Assembly: GCA_963750165.1 (NCBI GenBank)
Contig: CAVVPN010000011.1
Coordinates: 160,001 to 224,000, forward strand
Direction: 5' to 3'
Length of the DNA: 64,000 nt
From: an uncultured Gemmataceae bacterium
GTDB lineage: Bacteria; Planctomycetota; Planctomycetia; Gemmatales; Gemmataceae
Made by a program: the position numbers and the translations under genes
Shown: one piece after another, positions 53,885-62,689 of the stretch
Layout: each line of letters begins with the position of its first letter
How positions within the stretch are numbered: position 1 is the stretch's first letter
The notes under the pieces: model-generated
What the model saw: the letters and a program-made list of their open reading frames with translations, nothing else
Databases searched by the model: none
Told to the model about the DNA's origin: nothing

Positions 53885-55136
53885 CTAGCGGACGTGCAGG
53901 AGGACGTAAACCTCGCCGCGGCGCTTGGCGACCTCGAAGGGTTGGTTGATCTCGGCCAACTTTCGGTTGGTGCGGTCCTTCACCTTGTCCAGCGCCTCTT
54001 CCTGACCGGACTTGCAGCCATAAATCGCGTGATGAATCTCGGGGATAGGCACCTCGGTCCCTCTCCAGAGCAGCCGAAGCAGTTGGTACTGATTCCGCTG
54101 GAAGTGCTCCCCCACCCAGGACGGTAAGGTAGGCTCGGCAGCGGTCGCAGTTGGTGTGCATTTCTCCGGCGCGGTCCGCGCCGAAAGGGCCTTGCGGAAG
54201 TAGGCGAGCACGTCCCGCAGGTCGGCGATGCACCCCGCCCGGTCCATAGACCCGCGGCTCCACCGGGGCATTCGACAATCCGAGGTGGCGCACGATCAGG
54301 TGGGCATGCGTGACCAGCCCCCGCGGTGTCGGCAGATACCTGGGGCTGTGGTCGGAGTTGGGCGGGAGGTCGCCGCGGTCCTCAATTTTGGCCACATCGA
54401 TTGCGTAGTCGAACCACCGTTCGAGGTGGGGCAGCGTCCAGCCCGTCGAGAACACGTCCATCTCCCAGCCGTCGGGGAGCCAGGTCGCATCGTGCTGGCA
54501 GCCCATCAGCAGACAGCCGGAATGGTCCAGGTCGTGCAGGACTTCATCCCCGCAGCCATTTCTCCACACCACGGCCAGATGTTGGTTTCGCTTGACGTAG
54601 CGTATTTCACCGCGCAGTTCGGCATAGCCGTCCAGAGTCGGCGGCTCCAAGGCGACCACAAGCCGGCCCGTGTGCGGGGCGGGCACCTGGGCCGCTTCCT
54701 CCGTCGTCAGGTCCCGCACGATTTCCCAACCGCCAAATCGTTCGCCCCGGACGTGACGCGCTGGCGTGTCACCGCCGCAATCTGGTTTGGCGGTCCCCGT
54801 GGGGGCGTCCGGCCTCCGGTGTCGGGCCAGTTCGCGCAGTTCGTCCAGCTTGCGGCGGGCGCCGGCGGGCGTCCACACCTGATCGGTGGGCAGGTCGCGC
54901 ACCAGGCCGAGATCACGGGCGTGGGCGTATGCCTTGTTCACCTGGATGCTGGGATAGCAACGGGTGTCCTGCTGCGCATCGAGCCGGTCCAAACTGTCGC
55001 GCGCCTTCTCCAGCCAGTCAAGGAACTGCTCAAGGGTGGTAGGTGCCTCGGCCAGAGGTCCGTCTGTTTTTCCGCGGCTTGAATCCTGTTCTTTCATCTC
55101 GGCCTCCGGGGGTCTTCCGTCAACCGAACCAGCCAT
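53885..55136 (-). CDS. Hypothetical protein with C-terminal winged-HTH-like region (frameshift at ~54252)
   Basis: The N-terminal part of ORF 53580..55208 is protein-like up to ~54255 and continues in ORF 53885..54271 (QYQLLRLLW...EIHHAIYG...ALDKVKDRTNRKL). Confidence 0.55.
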
Positions 55137-55146
55137 TGTTCCGCCG

Positions 55147-56580
55147 TCACCAGTGCCGCCTCTGCGCGCTCCGCCGGCGTCTCTCCCGCCGGTAGCGCCG
55201 GGGCGCACCGCGGCCTAGCGCCGCGAGTTGATCCCACAAGTCCGGAATCTTGGGGAGAAGAAAAACCGAATCGTCGCCTTTGAGTATTCGGGCGAAATTC
55301 CCCGAAGTGTGGGGGACAGGCTGGCGCCCGGCTGCCAAATCAGCGCGAAGGTGGTGCAACCGCAGCCGAATGTTGTTGAGCAATTGTTCAACCGTGGGTG
55401 GGGCCGGATTCGCTTCCTCGTCGGCAGGATCGAGTGGCCGTTCGCCGAACGCCCGATGTGCCTTTTTGTAATCCTCCAGGCTAACTCCCTCTGGTGGCAT
55501 CTCGTGCCGTGTCAACCCATCAGGCCCGGGGTATGGGGTCCAGAGCACGTCCAGGATGAAAGGCAGCCAGAGGACGAACCGGCGAAGTTCATAGTCGAGG
55601 TATGCCTTCTCCAAATTGTCCGCTACGACCGGGATGTTCCCCTGTGCCCCCAGCACCAGCAGGGCGCAAGCGTACTTCATTGCCGCAGGCGCGGGCCGCT
55701 GTGCCGCTGCTTGCAGCCGCCCAATCAACTGAATTCGCTCGATGATCTGGTCGCACTCTCGCAGCGCGGCACCTAGCGCGACGATCCGTTCGGCCCAGAG
55801 CAGGAAACCATCCGGGCCGGGTTTTCGACCTTGCTCGTTTGCTTCGCTGGGGAACGCGGTAACACGCCCAAAGGCTGCCGCCAACCGTGCGCGGTGGCGG
55901 GCATGCTCCTCCAGCTTCTGCCTGCGTTCCTCTGCGTCACGCCTGGCGTCGGCTTGCTGCTTCTGCCTTGCTTCGGCTTCGGTCAACAGGCTGTCGATGA
56001 CCGAGCAAGGGTCAGACGGGGGCGGGGCGGCAGGCTCGCGCCGCCGAACCGGCGAGCGAACCGCTCGCTCGATGTCGCGGTGAATCCGGCTCAGCCATCC
56101 TGACGGCAGGTACAACGTGGCCAGCAGCGGGGCGGACTCTTCAGTGCAGGCTCGTCGCAAGACCATTTCAAGGTCCGCGGCACTGCAACTGGGGTCCGCC
56201 GCGCGGAGGGCAATGTACCTCGCCAGCCCGGCGCGGCGCCACTCGTCGCTGTCCTTGGGGATGTGCGTAGGCGGTTGCCAGTTGCGGAGTGCGTTCCGTG
56301 CCCGACACCCGCAGGCGCGAACGGCGTCCCCCCAGCGTTTCAACCGCCCCGCCCAGATGGTAAAGTGCTCATCCTCAGTGGGCCTGCGCCCCAGTTCGGG
56401 GCAGGCTTCATGAGCGCTCGGGAATCGCTGGAACCAGGCATCCCTCAAAGAGTCCAGCTGTCGGCGCCGGCCCGTGGTGAGGGCTTCGATCCGCTGCTCT
56501 CGCAGCCGACGTTCGCCAAAATTCGGGTCGGTCAGGATGTCAGCGAGAGGGTCGTTCGGGGGCAAGTCGGAATTCACCAT
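55147..56580 (-). CDS. Hypothetical helical protein
   Basis: Long ORF with a coiled-coil stretch; no recognisable motif. Confidence 0.6.
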   Translation of the reverse strand: MVNSDLPPNDPLADILTDPNFGERRLREQRIEALTTGRRRQLDSLRDAWFQRFPSAHEACPELGRRPTEDEHFTIWAGRLKRWGDAVRACGCRARNALRNWQPPTHIPKDSDEWRRAGLARYIALRAADPSCSAADLEMVLRRACTEESAPLLATLYLPSGWLSRIHRDIERAVRSPVRRREPAAPPPSDPCSVIDSLLTEAEARQKQQADARRDAEERRQKLEEHARHRARLAAAFGRVTAFPSEANEQGRKPGPDGFLLWAERIVALGAALRECDQIIERIQLIGRLQAAAQRPAPAAMKYACALLVLGAQGNIPVVADNLEKAYLDYELRRFVLWLPFILDVLWTPYPGPDGLTRHEMPPEGVSLEDYKKAHRAFGERPLDPADEEANPAPPTVEQLLNNIRLRLHHLRADLAAGRQPVPHTSGNFARILKGDDSVFLLPKIPDLWDQLAALGRGAPRRYRRERRRRSAQRRHW

Positions 56581-56979
56581 GACGCACTCACTCAGACGGG
56601 TCGGTTGGCGGAGGCGCGCGGTGAGTGCGACGCGCGACATCCGCCAACCGCATTGAGCCGTCCGCCTGGCCGGGTGGATCGGCTACCCGCCTTTTGGGAG
56701 TATACATGCGATCACAAAATCAAGAAAGGTGGCTTTCGAGAAAAGGCGGTCGATCTGGTGGGCCTGCTGCCCCAACGGGGGTTCCGCCCGACGTGGGGGC
56801 GGGCATGCGGCGTCGAGCGGAGCAGCGTCCACGGTTATTGTCATTGACTGGGCGCCGCGAGCCATAGGATCAGTTCGGGCGGATTTCTGTTTCATCACCT
56901 GCGTCAGGCGGGTAGGATAGCGTCAGTAAGGAGGGGGTGACCTCATGGCAGCCCCTGCTGGGCGGCTGAGGAGGGAGGC

Positions 56980-57035
56980 GATTTCCGGAACGGATTTCAA
57001 GGATTTCCGCTGCCATTATTTCGGCGAGGAGGACA
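56980..57035 (-). mobile_element. Transposon end (type A), orphan, element body to the left
   Basis: Reverse complement TGTCCTCCTCGCCGAAATAATGGCAG-CGGAAATCCTT-GAAATCCGTTCCGGAAATC; the first 26 nt are identical to the end at 60040. Confidence 0.85.
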
Positions 57036-57036
57036 G

Positions 57037-57596
57037 TGTGCCCCCTACGAAATAATGGCCGTAAACTCGGGCGAAATGCGTTCCGGAATTCGCCCGCCCG
57101 GATACCCCAGGTTCGTTCCCCGGCCATCCTACCCGGGAGCCGGCCGGAAGGAAAGCCAAAATCGCTGCCAGCCGTCCAGGACTCCTGAACGGGTGTTCCT
57201 GCTCGCCAACCGACGGGCGCAGCCGAGTCCCGGGGACACCGCCTGCACCCGGCCCCGGCCTGAGCCGGCGCGGCCGCCCACCAGGACAGGCGAAGGGGCA
57301 GACGAGGCACCGACACCTTCACCGTGGGTGCGCTTCGCCGCAGTGGTGACGCCCGGTCCCGATTTTCCCCTGGACACCGCGCGGCGGGTGGGATACACCA
57401 AGAGCGGTTCACTACGGCACCCCCGGCCTTGACGTGGGCCGCCTGGGTGTCAACCGCCCCCCAGTGGGTGCCAGTGCAGATGACGAGTCGTTCAGCCGTC
57501 ACGTCCGCGTCGGGCGTGACGATCTTCGGTTTTGGAGGGTGGAATTCCGGAACACATTTCAGCCCCAAGCGCGGCCATTATTTCGTAGGGGGCACA
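57037..57596. mobile_element. 560-bp non-autonomous element (MITE) with TGT...ACA ends (type B)
   Basis: 25-bp perfect TIR TGTGCCCCCTACGAAATAATGGCCG, plus a second box GAAATG(C/T)GTTCCGGAATTC at both ends. Confidence 0.88.
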
Positions 57597-58475
57597 GGAG
57601 ACAGCAACCTGTATAGATATGTGAACAATGATGCGACTATTACCGATCCGTCTGGCTTGCAACCTGATATTCAGTTTTTCAGTCGCGACCAAAAAGGAAA
57701 AGCAGTGGTCAATGCGGGTAATGCGGACGAATTAAAACAAGTCTTCTTACCCGGGACTCTGGTGATCGTGGGCGGTGGGTACAATGATCGTGTTGAGGTC
57801 GATGAAAAAGGCAACAAAATCGCCCGCGAAGGGGATTTGGCAACACTGAAAAGAATTTATAACAACCCCAACGGAGTTCAAAATAACAAGCTTGATCCGG
57901 GTACGAAGGGATTTCAAACGCCTCATACTGGCATGCTCTGGCTAAAGCAGGCAAGTAATGTGCAAGATCTCTCGAACATTATCCTTCAAGCGCTGGCGAA
58001 AAACGGCGGAAAGAAATTCACGCGGATTACTGTCATTGGTCATTGTGGGATTGGAAACCCCGAGAAGGTAAAAATTAATGCGCCTGGAGTAATGTTAACT
58101 GATGCGCGTCTCCAATACCAAAATCGCTACCCTGATCACACAAACCCCAACGTAAAGAAACTCTCGGGTCTCATCAATGACAAAGGAAACCTTGATGCAC
58201 TGAGGAATGCGCTCGATAAAGCGCTCGACCCGAAAGGCGTGTTACAATTCGCTGTTTGTGGCTATGAGAAGAAATTCGACACATACTCTAAAAAGGAAGG
58301 TGAATGGTTTAAGGACCTCCAGGGGTTGGCGAACGTGCTTAATCGTGTCGTTGTGCATCCGAATCAACTGATGCATTTGGAACAGAATGGTGTGACTTAC
58401 GAGCCGGGCGAAGATAAAGCGGCGGGGGTCACGAAAGAATCATTTATTTGGCGGATTGCTGAACCCAAAAAATGA
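57597..58475 (+). pseudogene. Orphan RHS C-terminal toxin fragment (caspase/DUF4347-like tip)
   Basis: GDSNLYRYVNN...TDPSGL is the RHS core end, followed by a variable low-GC domain with ITVIGHC and LQFAVCG. Confidence 0.8.
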
Positions 58476-58529
58476 CCTGGGCTTCCGCGCCGGAGTGAGC
58501 AAATAACTTTCCGACACCCTGAGACACAC

Positions 58530-59705
58530 ATGCGTTACATCATTATCAGCATGGCAACCGTGCTTAGCATGAATGCAGGTTTGTGCTGCATTTTTCAAAG
58601 CAATGCCGATTCCGATCAGAAACCACAAAACCAAGTAGATCGACAAAAGGCTCCCCCAAAGGGGCGAGCGGATCAGGAAAAGATCCCGCCGAAAGAACCA
58701 TCAGATATGGTTCTGAAAAAACTTGGGTTTTGGGTGGTTGGGAACCCGGTGACCGCCGTCAGTCATGCGGAAAGCACTGTTGGCGACGCCGCACTCGCAC
58801 ACCTCGCGGCATTCCCCAGGCTCAGGACTTTGTCGCTAGATACCATGTGGAACATCACTAGCAACGGTCTGAAATATCTGGAGAATTGCAACAGATTGCG
58901 AGAGTTGCGCTTAGAACATATGAAGAAAATCGACGACGAGGGCATGAAATACGTTGCCCGATTGACGAAACTTCGAGAATTGAGCCTTTGGGAAACCTCC
59001 GTCGGCGATGAGGGAGTGAAAAGACTGAGCCGCTTGGTGGAACTGGAATCCCTTAATCTTGGCTGGACGAAAGTCACCGACGAGGGCTTGACCCAGTTGG
59101 CCAATTGCATCAAACTAAAAGAAGTGAGTTTGCCCGGAACGGGCATCACAGACCGTTGCATGCCTACCATCAACCGCTGGATAAACTTGGAGTCCCTTTC
59201 CATCTACAAAACCAACATTACGGACGACGGCTTGTTGGAGTTGAAGGATATGAAAAGGATTTATTTCCTTTGGATTCCCTCGTCGGTAGGAGATCGTGGT
59301 TTTCAACATCTTTGCGAATTCTCGTCTTTGCGTATCCTTACAGCGGACGGCACTCGGATCACGAACCAAGGGTTGATACACCTAAGGAAACTGCCGAAAC
59401 TTGAACAGTTGTCCTTAGGCAAAACGCCCATTGATGGAAACGGTTTGAGGCACCTCGCTAATTGTTTGAGACTGCGCAAATTAAACTTGTCCGGGACGAA
59501 GATCACGGATGTTTCTTTGTCGCATTTGAAGCCCCTTACGAGTCTCGAATCCCTCGATCTCAATGACACTAATATTTCTGATGAAGGGTTGGCTCATCTC
59601 GAGCAGTTGCACAATTTGAAAGAACTCTGGTTTCAACATAGGAAGATTTCAGAGAAAACGGTCCAGAAGTTAACAAAAAAGTTGCCGGGGCTGTTGATTC
59701 ACTAG
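58530..59705 (+). CDS. Exported leucine-rich repeat protein (candidate immunity)
   Basis: N-terminal hydrophobic signal and about 12 repeats of LxxLxLxxTxITDxGLxxL; low GC like the toxin. Confidence 0.88.
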   Translation: MRYIIISMATVLSMNAGLCCIFQSNADSDQKPQNQVDRQKAPPKGRADQEKIPPKEPSDMVLKKLGFWVVGNPVTAVSHAESTVGDAALAHLAAFPRLRTLSLDTMWNITSNGLKYLENCNRLRELRLEHMKKIDDEGMKYVARLTKLRELSLWETSVGDEGVKRLSRLVELESLNLGWTKVTDEGLTQLANCIKLKEVSLPGTGITDRCMPTINRWINLESLSIYKTNITDDGLLELKDMKRIYFLWIPSSVGDRGFQHLCEFSSLRILTADGTRITNQGLIHLRKLPKLEQLSLGKTPIDGNGLRHLANCLRLRKLNLSGTKITDVSLSHLKPLTSLESLDLNDTNISDEGLAHLEQLHNLKELWFQHRKISEKTVQKLTKKLPGLLIH

Positions 59706-59708
59706 TCC

Positions 59709-60039
59709 GTAAGCGCCCGGCCAATCACGTCGAGCCGTGCCAAAAGCAAACGGCGTCCACCCGCGGAACCCTGAGAGCCGCAGGTTGACGCCGTTGTTGG
59801 TTTGCTCTGTCTCTTCTCAGCCTGCCCAGGCTTCCCCGCTAGGTGACTCTCGGCCTCGCCGTAAGAGCCAGCGATCTGGCAGCCAGTCCTGTAATTGCTC
59901 TGCCGTTGGCCCGTCCCCCAGCGCGAACAGCCCCGGCAACGCCTCCCGCAGGTAACCAAACGGGTCGACGCCCAGATGCTTGCACGTCGCCACCAGCGTG
60001 TACAGCACCGCCGCCGTCTGACCCCCGGCCTCACTGCCG
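59709..60039 (-). mobile_element. IS66-family remnant (C-terminus and terminal IR)
   Basis: GTAAGCG terminal motif at 59709; minus-strand GSEAGGQTAAVLYTLVATCKHLGVDPFGYLREAL...WLPDRW (IS66 C-terminal domain), cut at 60039. Confidence 0.85.
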
Positions 60040-60137
60040 TGTCCTCCTCGCCGAAATAATGGCAGTCTGATCGCTGGAAATGGGTGCCGGAATTCGGCCC
60101 TCCCCTTCGCGGGTCCCCCCGCACGAAAGGAGGGCGC

Positions 60138-61597
60138 ATGTCCGCCCCGTCCCCCACCCCCGACCCGGCCGCGGTAGTGCCGCGGCCCGCCCCTCAGGCC
60201 CCCGACTCCGGCCCGCCAGTGCCGCCGGCCGACGTTGCCCCGCCCGACGAACCGCCCCGCGAGCGGCCCCGCCTGCAGCAGCCCGCCCGCGGCCGGCGCC
60301 TCGCCCGGCCCCCCGACACCCCCGCCGCGCCCCTGACCGCCGCCCAGCGCCTGCTCGTCCTCGACGCCTGGCGCCGCAGCGGCCTGCCCGCCGGCGACTT
60401 CGCCCCCCTGGTCGGCGTCTCGAAGCATACCCTGTACGCCTGGAAACGCAAGTTCGAGACGGACGGCCCCGCCGGCCTGGACGACAAGGCCCGCGGCGCC
60501 CCCGCCGGCAGCCGCCTGCCCGAGCCCACCCGCCGCGCCATCCTCATGCTCAAGGAGGCCCACCCCGATTGGGGCACCGAGCGCATCGCCGCCCTGCTGC
60601 TCCGCGGCCCCGCCCTGGCCGCCAGCCCCCAGGCCGTCGCCCGCGCCCTGCGCGAGGCCGGCTACGAGCTGGAGGAGGCGCCGACCAGGCCCCACCCCGA
60701 CCACGACCGCCGCTTCGAGCGCGCCGCCCCAACCAGCTGTGGCAGACCGACCTGTTCACCTTCGTCCTGAAGCGCCAGAACCGCCGGGTCTACCTGGTCG
60801 CCTTCCTCGACGACCACAGCCGCTTCCTGGTCGGCTACGGCCTGCACGCCAGCCAGTCCACGCCCCTGGTCCTGGAGGTCTTCCGCGCCGCCGTAGCCGT
60901 CCACGGCGCCCCCGCGGAGGTGCTCACCGACAACGGCAGCCAGTACGTCACCTGGCGCGGCAAGGGCGCCTTCACGAAGGAGCTGGAGAAGCGCGGCGTC
61001 CGCCAGGTGGTGGCCTCGCCGCACCGGCCGCAGACGCTGGGCAAGATCGAGCGCTTCTGGGGCACGCTCTGGCGCGAGTGCCTGGAGGCGGCGGTGTTCG
61101 TGGACCTGGCCGACGCCCGGCAGCGCGTCGGGCTGTTCATCGACCACTACAACTTCCAGCGGCCGCACCAGGGCATCGGCAACCTGGTGCCGGCCGACCG
61201 CTACTTCGGGGCGGCGCCGGAGGTGTTGCGGACGCTGCGGGCGCGGGTGGCGGCCAACGCCCTGGAGCTGGCCCGGCACGGGCTGCCCAGGGCGCCGTTC
61301 TACCTGACGGGGCAGGTGGGGGGCCAGCCGTTCAGCCTGCACGCCGAGGGCGAGCGCGTCATCCTTACGGACGCGGGCGGCGGCCGCCGCGAGGTGGACC
61401 TCGCCGCCCCGCCCGCGCCGGCCCCGGCGGCGCCGGGCGGGCCGCCGGCGGCGCTGCCCGCGCCGGTGTGCCCACAGGGGATCGTGGCGGGGCACCCGGG
61501 GGATGCGGAGGAGCCGCCGGAGCCCGGGGCCTCGCCGCTGGACGGGGGCCTGCGGCGGCTGGACGCGGGGCCGAGCCCGGAAGGGGGTGCGCCATGA
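60138..61597 (+). CDS. rve/DDE transposase 1 (IS481-like, N-terminal HTH; frameshift at ~60725)
   Basis: GVSKHTLYAWKRKF, HPDWGTERI; NQLWQTD, FLDDHSR, LTDNGSQY, GKIERFWGT, YNFQRPHQG; AGGAGG RBS. Confidence 0.92.
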
Positions 61598-62163
61598 GCC
61601 CCACCCCCTCCCCCCGGCGGCGCGGCCGACCGCCCGCCGGCACGCCCGCGCCGCCCGCGGCGGCACCCGCGCCGGCACCCGCGGCGGACCCGACGCCGTT
61701 CGCGGGAGCCAGCCCGGCGGCCCGGCGACTGGCGGCGACGATCCTGGAGGTGCTGGCCGGCAGTCTGCGGCCCGCGGAGGCCGGCCGGGCGCTGGGGCTG
61801 TCGCTGGCCCGCTACTACCAGCTGGAACTGCGGGCGGTGGCCGGGCTGGTGGCGGCCTGTGAGCCCCGGCGGCGCGGCCACGCCCCGGCCGCCGAGCCCG
61901 CCGACCTGCGCCGCGAGTGTGAGCGGCTGCGCCGGGAGTGCGCCCGGCAGCAGGCCCTGGTCCGCGCCGCCCGGCAGGCGGTCGGCCTGACGCTGCCGGC
62001 GCCGCCCGAGCCGCCCGCCGCCCGCAAGCGGCGCCCCACCGTCCGCGCCCTGAAGATGGCCGCGCTGCTGCAGCCGTTCGGGGACGCCGCCCCCGCCGCC
62101 CCCGCCGAGGCCCCGGCCGAACCGGCGGCCCCGGAGTGCCCGCCCACGCCGGCCCCGCCCTGA
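61594..62163 (+). CDS. HTH + coiled-coil accessory protein 1
   Basis: ATGA overlap with transposase 1; ILEVLAGSLRPAEAGRALGLSLARYYQLE, LRRECERLRRECARQQALVR. Confidence 0.75.
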   Translation: MSPTPSPRRRGRPPAGTPAPPAAAPAPAPAADPTPFAGASPAARRLAATILEVLAGSLRPAEAGRALGLSLARYYQLELRAVAGLVAACEPRRRGHAPAAEPADLRRECERLRRECARQQALVRAARQAVGLTLPAPPEPPAARKRRPTVRALKMAALLQPFGDAAPAAPAEAPAEPAAPECPPTPAPP

Positions 62164-62257
62164 CCGTGCGCCCGGCGGCGTCCCCCGAAGCTAGAGTTGG
62201 CCGGGGCGGGCGGCGGTCGCCTGCCCCGGCATTTGCGTTTTTCTGGAGGGCGGGTCG

Positions 62258-62689
62258 ATGACGCGGGGACGAAGGCCGGAGTGGGACGCGGCGGTGGGGC
62301 GGCTGGAGGGCTCGGCGCTGGCCAAGGCGCGGCTGCTGGCGGTGCTGGACGTGCTGTCAGGAAGGCGGACGGTGGCCCAGGCGGGGCTGCCGCTGGGCCT
62401 GGGCGAGCGGCGGCTGCGGGCGCTGCGCGACCAGGCCCTGGCGGCGGCCCTGGCGGGGCTGGAGCCGCGCCCGGCGGGCCGGCCGGCGCGGGCGCCGGCG
62501 GGGCCGGACGCGCGGGTGGCGGCCCTGGAGGCCGAGGTGCGCGAGCTGCGCATCGGCTTGCGCGCCGCCCAGGTCCGCGAAGAGATCGCCCTGCTGCTGC
62601 CGCGGCTGCGCCGCCGGGGCGGCCGGGCGGCGGGGGCGACGCGGACCCGGCGGGTGCCCGCCGCGAGGAGCGGCGGGTGCAACGGCTGA
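62258..62689 (+). CDS. HTH + coiled-coil accessory protein 2
   Basis: GGAGG RBS; VLDVLSGRRTVAQAGLPLGLGERRLRALR, LEPRPAGRP, VAALEAEVRELR. Confidence 0.75.
   Translation: MTRGRRPEWDAAVGRLEGSALAKARLLAVLDVLSGRRTVAQAGLPLGLGERRLRALRDQALAAALAGLEPRPAGRPARAPAGPDARVAALEAEVRELRIGLRAAQVREEIALLLPRLRRRGGRAAGATRTRRVPAARSGGCNG

Larger units (their letters stand above)
45866..56640 (-). mobile_element. tRNA-Gln-integrated satellite-like/integrative element (right boundary uncertain)
   Basis: Integrase next to the tRNA 3' end; co-oriented excisionase, primase-helicase and HTH genes; no capsid or conjugation genes recognised. Confidence 0.75.

Noticed and set aside
45866..56640. Complete prophage
   Set aside because: No large terminase, portal, capsid, tail or lysis genes were recognised.
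57138..57160. SRP RNA-like CCGGAAGGAA motif inside the MITE
   Set aside because: Lacks the CAGG...GCAGC internal loop and the long enclosing helix.
57036..60039. Composite transposon carrying the RHS-LRR cassette between the two type A ends
   Set aside because: The two type A ends face away from the cassette (their element bodies extend left of 57035 and right of 60040), so they do not enclose it in the normal orientation.
60715..60735. Programmed translational frameshift in transposase 1 (IS3-style)
   Set aside because: No A-rich slippery heptamer; same C-run deletion pattern as in housekeeping genes.
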